Assembly (NCBI GenBank): GCA_031256725.1
Contig: JAIRQE010000006.1
Span: 30,001 to 62,000 of the forward strand
Reading direction: 5' to 3'
DNA length: 32,000 bases
DNA from: Propionibacteriaceae bacterium
Lineage (GTDB): Bacteria > Actinomycetota > Actinomycetes > Propionibacteriales > Propionibacteriaceae
Made by a program: the position numbers and the translations under genes. The notes under the pieces are model-generated. The model did not search any database. It was given only the letters and a program-made list of their open reading frames with translations, and was not told where the DNA came from. Shown here in pieces: positions 26,929 to 32,000 of the stretch (the first letter of the stretch is position 1; each line of letters begins with the position of its first letter).

Positions 26929-28899
26929 CTACTGGCAAGCATCAATACGGAAGAATACCGCTTCGCCAACTCTGGCAACAGCAGTGAATCCTTCAGCCTC
27001 ATCAAGATTCTCTAAACCGACGTAATTTGTGTGAGCCACTTTGTTGGGGAATTGTAAGACGTATCCGATATTTAAGGCTCGCACGGCGGGGCAGACACGG
27101 GGATTTGTTTGGGCCTCACGAAGAGAGTTTTTGATGATTTCAAGATCATCACTTGTGTCTCCTGTGATGTGGGTCAGGGTAACCGGAACCCCAGATAGGG
27201 CATAGACCAAGGAACTTGCTGTCCATGGATTGGTCGCCACGCGTTCCCCTTGTGAAATAATATTAGGAATCTGTTTGATGACAGAGTATTCATCAATGGA
27301 GATAAGGGAACCACTGTCCAGTTGGTAATGCCAGCGTACCCATCCTATGTGACTAGTCATGGCCGAGGTGTTCTGTATCCCGACTATCAGTCCAATCCCT
27401 GCTAGAACAAGGCAGAGGGCTTTAATGAGAGGGGTATTAATCTTTGGGAAACGCTTGAGTATGAAGGAACCCACAGTAATGAAAGATTGGATCCCCATGA
27501 CTGTTATGGGGAAAAGAACCATTGTGAGAAGGGCACCCAAACGATGAGGATCGGCATAATACCCACCTACGGTTATCTTTCGTAGAAATCCATGAGGCAT
27601 TGCAGAGGCCGCGTACCAAAGAAAACACACAACTATTGTCGGATAAAACCACCATCGGATACCAGAGTCTCGGATCATCCATGCGATGCCTGCGATTATA
27701 AGTGCAGCAAGAAGCCAGAATGGAGCAATCACCAATGGGGAAGCAGAGAGGATTTCGCTGAGAGTGGTTCCAAGCGAGTTGGGGGGTTTATAGGTGGATC
27801 TGACCAGGGATAGACCCCAGATACCAGCGAAGATAATGAGGGTGCTGGCTGTTGTCACAATGTATGGTCGTGCTTGCTTTCGATTCTTCGTCCAGGTGGC
27901 TTTCACTCCTCGCCATGCCCACAGGATAACGAGAGGACTGATCATGGCCATCAGGCTCAAAACGGCATTGGGGTGGGCGAGAAATAGCCCAGGAAGACAT
28001 CCCACAAGAGTGAGGATGGTCAAGCCTACGGGTACTCTTTCACCTTGCGGGAGGATGTTCAGAAGTGAAAAGGCTAATCCCAAAGACACTGGGAGGAGAG
28101 AGAATCCAAGGGCGTTGGGGTAAAGAACACCGAATCCCAGTAATAGCCAAGGGAAAGAGGCAAAGGAGGATGCAAGTATCCCAGACAAGATCGTGAGTGC
28201 TGCACTTGCTTTGGGGAATAATCGAGAGACGAGAAACAGGCTTGTCAGTGGCCAGATTACTGTTACGAGGACCAACATCATTGCGTTCGATCCATAGGGG
28301 ATATTCACCGAATTTAGGGTTAAATTCGCCAGTGATACTAGGTTATGCCAGGCCATAGGGTAAAAGCCATGGGGGTCGACCCCAGGAGTCATTGAATGCA
28401 TGAAGAGGCTCGAAGAGTAGCCAGTATCAAGGGTCCATCGAACGGCGTTCATATGGAAGATATTGTCAAAGGTCTGAGAGAAACGTTCTGGGGCCAGGAT
28501 CATCTGAGTGAATCGCCATGTTGCTAGAGACGAAGCTGCTAACAGAGCAGTCGCTGGTACTGCGACACTGAATAACCGTGACTTCGGAGTCTCAGAATCC
28601 ATCTCAGGATCAACGACGAGTTGGAACAGGGCTGGGAGAAAACGTACCCCTGCTTGTACCAAACCCCAGACAATGAGACAGAGTATGGCAGTCAAGGCTG
28701 TTATTGGTACCCAGCCCCAACTAAGTCCTACGGCTTCGCCACCAATCGCCGCGAGTCCAACCACTGATACCGATAGTGCCGGAGCGATACCCACCAGGGA
28801 CCACCCCCGCAGTCGAAGTACCAAACCGATGCAGATACCAGGCACCATGACAGCCACAAGTATAACTGCCACATAAGGTGCTAAGGCGAACCAAACCAC
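26929..28899 (-). CDS. Large polytopic membrane protein, paralogue 1 (656 aa); candidate GT-C-type glycosyltransferase
   Basis: GTG 28899 is preceded by AAGGAGATTC. It has the same architecture as 24829-26808, with loop FSQTFDNIFHMNAVRW and C-terminus FRIDACQ. It lies 42 bp downstream of the DUF2304-like gene in the same orientation. Confidence 0.75.
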   Translation of the reverse strand: MVWFALAPYVAVILVAVMVPGICIGLVLRLRGWSLVGIAPALSVSVVGLAAIGGEAVGLSWGWVPITALTAILCLIVWGLVQAGVRFLPALFQLVVDPEMDSETPKSRLFSVAVPATALLAASSLATWRFTQMILAPERFSQTFDNIFHMNAVRWTLDTGYSSSLFMHSMTPGVDPHGFYPMAWHNLVSLANLTLNSVNIPYGSNAMMLVLVTVIWPLTSLFLVSRLFPKASAALTILSGILASSFASFPWLLLGFGVLYPNALGFSLLPVSLGLAFSLLNILPQGERVPVGLTILTLVGCLPGLFLAHPNAVLSLMAMISPLVILWAWRGVKATWTKNRKQARPYIVTTASTLIIFAGIWGLSLVRSTYKPPNSLGTTLSEILSASPLVIAPFWLLAALIIAGIAWMIRDSGIRWWFYPTIVVCFLWYAASAMPHGFLRKITVGGYYADPHRLGALLTMVLFPITVMGIQSFITVGSFILKRFPKINTPLIKALCLVLAGIGLIVGIQNTSAMTSHIGWVRWHYQLDSGSLISIDEYSVIKQIPNIISQGERVATNPWTASSLVYALSGVPVTLTHITGDTSDDLEIIKNSLREAQTNPRVCPAVRALNIGYVLQFPNKVAHTNYVGLENLDEAEGFTAVARVGEAVFFRIDACQ

Positions 28900-28941
28900 G
28901 AATCTCCTTGGGATAGAGGCTAACCGTTGACTGTACCGAAT

Positions 28942-29346
28942 CTAGGCAGTGGGAGCAATTGTTTCCTCAGTCAGGGGTGGCTCGATAGCGGGGGAATCCT
29001 CGCAAGATTCCATGAGGATCGGTTGGGGGGCTTCCATCAAGGTGATGTGGCGAATGAGTTTTGCGAAACGTTGTTCCTCACGACGGCGGTGAAGGTTGTC
29101 GTTCACCACCATAAAAGCCACAACAACAACCAGGCAGTACAACACAAGGTCTGTACCTCGTCCAACTCCAACCAGACGGGCCAGGATACCTGTGAGATCT
29201 GGGAAGAGTATCGCCGAGATCGCCAGAATGGCGAAGAGGATGGCCACAATCTTCGTTAGCGCACGAGTACGGCTGGAATAGGAACGAAGGAAATAGAACA
29301 TTGTCGCTACCACTGCAGTGATAAGAAGAATCTGTATAACGATCAT
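28942..29346 (-). CDS. Small membrane protein, DUF2304-like (GacJ / Rv3632-type partner of polyprenyl-phosphate glycosyltransferases)
   Basis: 134 aa with three to four hydrophobic helices (IVIQILLITAVVATMFYFL, IVAILFAILAISAILF, LVLYCLVVVVAFMVV). These are followed by a basic amphipathic helix (HRRREEQRFAKLIRHI). It makes an ATGA overlap with the GT2 gene. The family assignment comes from architecture, size and pairing, not from an HMM search. Confidence 0.65.
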   Translation of the reverse strand: MIVIQILLITAVVATMFYFLRSYSSRTRALTKIVAILFAILAISAILFPDLTGILARLVGVGRGTDLVLYCLVVVVAFMVVNDNLHRRREEQRFAKLIRHITLMEAPQPILMESCEDSPAIEPPLTEETIAPTA

Positions 29347-30026
29347 CGTTGAAGCACCTTTGCGGTGAGGGTGTCGGCCACAATATTCACGGCATTGAGT
29401 GCGGATTGGCCCTTAGCCAGGGAATAATCGGAATAACGAATTGTGACAGGAAGTTCTCTGTAGGTGTACTGGTTCTTCGCTATCTTCTCGGTGAACTCTG
29501 AGGCATGTCTGTAGCCAATATCTTGTAGACAGATCGTTTGGGCAACATGACGATTGAACAGTCGTAAACCATTATGAGCATCAGTGAGTTTCAGCCCTGA
29601 CGTGAGGTTTGAGAAGAGTACGGCTGCTCGAAGTAGAATTCTTCTGGCCTTCGGAATACTCTGCGATGTTCCCAGGAATCGAGAACCCAAAACAACATCC
29701 ACAGGATCGTCAATCATCGACTGCCTCATGGCTAGGACATCGTCGCAACTGTGCTGCCCATCGGCGTCAAAGGAAACGAAATAGGAGACGGGTAGGCGCT
29801 GAGCATACTCGATGCCTGTTTGAAGTGCTGCCCCCTGCCCAAGGTTAACCACATGCCTCAAAATAATGGCTCCACTGGCTTGTGCATTCTCATAGGTATC
29901 ATCTGAAGACCCATCATCAACGCAGACCACATAATCAAAGACGCGCCGAGCCTCAGACAGGGTGGAGGTGATCACACTGCCCTCATTAAAAGCAGGCACG
30001 ATCAGTACGGTATCCGTCACGCTCAT
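29343..30026 (-). CDS. GT2-family (GT-A fold) glycosyltransferase, PpgS/GacI/DPM1-like polyprenyl-phosphate sugar synthase candidate
   Basis: Contains VLIVPAFNEG, VCVDDGSSDDT, the DxD motif FDADGQH and GSRF. It has no C-terminal TM helices, consistent with dependence on the small membrane partner. ATG 30026 gives a canonical short N-terminus. The track's 30191 start would run through the divergent promoter region and into the opposite gene. Confidence 0.82.
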   Translation of the reverse strand: MSVTDTVLIVPAFNEGSVITSTLSEARRVFDYVVCVDDGSSDDTYENAQASGAIILRHVVNLGQGAALQTGIEYAQRLPVSYFVSFDADGQHSCDDVLAMRQSMIDDPVDVVLGSRFLGTSQSIPKARRILLRAAVLFSNLTSGLKLTDAHNGLRLFNRHVAQTICLQDIGYRHASEFTEKIAKNQYTYRELPVTIRYSDYSLAKGQSALNAVNIVADTLTAKVLQR

Positions 30027-30159
30027 GGTCAGAAGTCTATCGAAGTACACCTTCTTCGATCCGAAGGATCGGTTTTTGACCGTGTTCAAAAAAAATAGTA
30101 GGCTTTCGAAAATTGAACATTTTGTGAGGGTTAGTCCTCCGAGTACTAGTGAAGAAGAT
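30027..30159. promoter_or_regulatory. Divergent control region between the GT2 operon and the licC/licA-like gene
   Basis: 133 bp, AT-rich, and dense in palindromes:
- ATCGAAG (30039-45) / CTTCGAT (30054-60)
- CGATCC-GAA-GGATCG (30057-71), followed by GTTTTTG
- GTTCAA (30084-89) / TTGAAC (30113-18)
- TTTCGAAA (30104-11)
- an A8 run (30088-95)
A candidate plus-strand promoter is TTGACC (30076-81), a 17-nt spacer, then TAGGCT (30099-104). Confidence 0.4.
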
Positions 30160-31950
30160 ATGACTACGAATCTAACTGAGGCCGAGTTCATTGTCCTGAG
30201 CCATGTGGCAACTCAGGATTCCGCGGATTCCTCATCCGTTTTTGTGTCACCACAGATTCCTCATCAAAGCGTCGATTCCATTGTCGAAGCACTTCAATCT
30301 AGGGGGTATCTCAATGGTTTTGCAGTGACTCCGGTAGGAGTTGCTGTTCTGGAGCCATACAAAGTTAGAAACGCAGTAGTCATGGCTGCAGGAATGTCGA
30401 CACGCTTCGCACCGATCTCCTATGAGAAACCAAAAGGATTATTGACCGTCGGTGGTGAAGTTCTTATCGAGCGAACAATCCGCCAACTTCAAGAGGTCGG
30501 GATCACTGAGATTACCGTCGTTCTTGGGTACATGATGGAACAATTCCTCTATCTTGAGGACATGTTTGGGGTCAAGATTCGGATTAATCCTGAATACTCA
30601 AGCCGAAACACAAACTCTACACTGAAGCTCGTTGAAGACCTTCTTGACAACACCTATATCTGTTATGCAGACAACTATTATGCGAGGAATATCTTCGAAC
30701 CCTATGCATACCATGCGTACTATTCAAGTGCCTACCATGAGGGGCCGACTCAAGAGTGGGCACTAACTGTTGATGAAAGAGACCGGATCACTCAGGTCAC
30801 TCCTGGTCTAGGTGATTCCTGGGTCATGTGGGGACCAGTGTACTTTGATCGTCAATTCTCTCGGGACTTTGTGCCAATTCTTAACCGTGTTTACGATGAC
30901 CCAGAAACTCCACCAAAACTCTGGGAGGCTATCTATGCAGACCATGTTACCGAAGTGGATATGCGAATCCGACGCTATGAAGCTGGGGTGATCTTTGAGT
31001 TTGATTCCTTGGAGGAATTAAAAGCCTTTGATGAAAACTTCATGGTTAATGTTGATTCTTCTATTCTTGATAACATATGCACTACCCTCAATGTTGCCCG
31101 ATCCGACCTTGGAGAGTTTTCTCCCATGACAGATGGACTCTCAAATCTTTCGTTTTCCTTCACCGCGCAGGGTAAGAAATATGTCTACCGTCATCCAGGG
31201 GCATTCACGGTAGGAATTAACGATCGAGTGGCTGAGGCCCAAGCTGAAAAGGTCGCTCAAGATCTAGGCTTAGATAAGAGCTATATATACCTAAATCCTG
31301 AGAAAGGGTGGAAGATCTCTCACTTCATTGATGTGAGTGAACCCTTCGACTATCACAATCCTATACATGTGGCCCGCAGTTTAGATTCAATAAGGCGGCT
31401 TCATCATTCTGGACGAAACATCGAAGCCTCCTTTGACCTTTACGACGAGGGGCTTAAAATCACTGATCGGCTCATGTCCATTGGTGTTGGTGGTGCGACT
31501 CCACGATTCGATTTTCCGGATTTCTACCTACTTAAGGATCGTGCGGCTCGATTGAAGGAGCTTACTGATTCTGACCAAGTTGGAAAAGTCTTGTGCCACA
31601 ATGATTTTTACGAGCCCAATATTCTCATCACTGATAAGGATATTTATCTTATCGACTGGGAATTTTCGGGAATGAATGACTACGCCAGCGATTTGGGTAC
31701 TCTTATCTGTTGCTCGGATTACACCTATGAAGAGGCGCTGGACGTTTTAGCAGTCTACTTCGGTCGAACCCCTACTGATGCCGAGATTAAGCATTGTGTG
31801 GCTCATATTTCTTTGTCCGGTTACTACTGGTGGATCTGGGCACTCAATAAGGATGTCTGCGGAGAACCGGTAGGCGAGTGGACTCACTTATGGTATCGAT
31901 TTGCTAAAGAATATGGGCGAAAAGCTATAGAACTTTACGAAAGAGGATAG
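30160..31950 (+). CDS. Tri-domain fusion: N-terminal winged-helix-like domain + LicC-type nucleotidyltransferase (CTP:phosphocholine cytidylyltransferase-like) + LicA-type choline/ethanolamine kinase
   Basis: Residues ~1-65 resemble a MarR-like wHTH (EAEFIVLSHV...IVEALQSRGYLNG). The nucleotidyltransferase signature is AVVMAAGMSTRFAPISYEKPKGLL. The C-terminal kinase has the Brenner motif LCHNDFYEPNILI and the choline-kinase motif LIDWEFSGMNDYASDLG. I chose ATG 30160 because the track's 29962 start overlaps the divergent GT2 gene. Confidence 0.82.
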   Translation: MTTNLTEAEFIVLSHVATQDSADSSSVFVSPQIPHQSVDSIVEALQSRGYLNGFAVTPVGVAVLEPYKVRNAVVMAAGMSTRFAPISYEKPKGLLTVGGEVLIERTIRQLQEVGITEITVVLGYMMEQFLYLEDMFGVKIRINPEYSSRNTNSTLKLVEDLLDNTYICYADNYYARNIFEPYAYHAYYSSAYHEGPTQEWALTVDERDRITQVTPGLGDSWVMWGPVYFDRQFSRDFVPILNRVYDDPETPPKLWEAIYADHVTEVDMRIRRYEAGVIFEFDSLEELKAFDENFMVNVDSSILDNICTTLNVARSDLGEFSPMTDGLSNLSFSFTAQGKKYVYRHPGAFTVGINDRVAEAQAEKVAQDLGLDKSYIYLNPEKGWKISHFIDVSEPFDYHNPIHVARSLDSIRRLHHSGRNIEASFDLYDEGLKITDRLMSIGVGGATPRFDFPDFYLLKDRAARLKELTDSDQVGKVLCHNDFYEPNILITDKDIYLIDWEFSGMNDYASDLGTLICCSDYTYEEALDVLAVYFGRTPTDAEIKHCVAHISLSGYYWWIWALNKDVCGEPVGEWTHLWYRFAKEYGRKAIELYERG

Positions 31951-31952
31951 TC

Positions 31953-32000
31953 ATGGAAACCTTCGGGACAGTTGTTGTCTACATCATCATGGCCTGTGCC
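31953..32000 (+). CDS. 5' end of a further ORF with a hydrophobic N-terminus (METFGTVVVYIIMACA...); possibly a permease of the lic-type locus
   Basis: ATG 31953 lies 3 nt after the upstream stop and is preceded by AAGAGGA. Only 16 codons are visible, all hydrophobic. The function is a guess from context. Confidence 0.35.
   Translation, partial: METFGTVVVYIIMACA

Noticed and set aside
29962-30159. 66-codon N-terminal extension of the LicC/LicA ORF given in the track
   Set aside because: It would overlap the 5' end of the divergent GT2 gene and cross the AT-rich promoter region. ATG 30160 gives a product starting with the wHTH-like domain.
30027-30191. 55-codon N-terminal extension of the GT2 ORF (track start 30191)
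   Set aside because: The extension is hydrophobic or low-complexity sequence read through the divergent promoter region and into the opposite gene. ATG 30026 leaves the usual ~6 residues before the (V/I)-x-I/V-P-A-x-N-E motif. GTG 30050 remains a possible alternative.
1-32000. CRISPR arrays, rRNA genes, IS elements or transposases, prophage genes, and recognisable defence systems (RM, Abi, CBASS, retron, etc.)
   Set aside because: I saw no regularly spaced short repeats. No ORF carries transposase, integrase, nuclease, reverse-transcriptase or cyclase hallmarks. The only selfish or defence-like module I can support is hipBA.

Overview
This window is from an Actinomycetota chromosome. GC looks moderate: hand counts of single 60-nt lines gave about 52-58% in the left two thirds and 40-50% at the right end. 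Species cannot be assigned without a database search, and all calls rest on motif recognition in the supplied translations plus reading the DNA by eye.

(1) 1-13.9 kb is the division/cell-wall (dcw) cluster: rsmH' - ftsL-like - ftsI - mraY - murD - ftsW - murG - murC - ftsQ - ftsZ - pgeF - sepF - yggT - divIVA. Genes are tightly packed, mostly with ATGA-type overlaps, and the order is colinear with the mycobacterial Rv2165c-Rv2145c block. Three genes are missing from their usual slots: murE and murF (ftsI/mraY junction) and yggS/ylmE (pgeF/sepF junction).

(2) 14-22.7 kb is housekeeping. It holds a TraR/DksA zinc-finger protein, lspA, rluD, pyk and a GT4 glycosyltransferase. These are followed by convergent sodA, a small 11-mer-repeat protein, a minus-strand RNA-modification operon (trmB-truA-small methyltransferase), and a MarC-family membrane protein.

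(3) tRNA-Pro(UGG) at 22713-22788 marks the switch to an accessory-looking region.
- First comes an intact hipBA toxin-antitoxin pair, bracketed by ~51-bp imperfect direct repeats.
- Next is a minus-strand operon. It encodes a PpgS/GacI-like GT2, a DUF2304/GacJ-like small membrane protein, and two tandem paralogous ~655-aa polytopic membrane proteins of unrecognised family (candidate GT-C-type transferases).
- This operon is divergently paired with a wHTH-LicC-LicA fusion (phosphocholine-type activation enzyme). The start of a further membrane protein lies at the window edge.

The lipid-carrier glycosylation plus phospho-amino-alcohol activation locus (24.8-32 kb) is my best candidate for an undescribed cell-envelope decoration system. 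Its chemistry is inference only. I saw no CRISPR array, rRNA, transposase or integrase.
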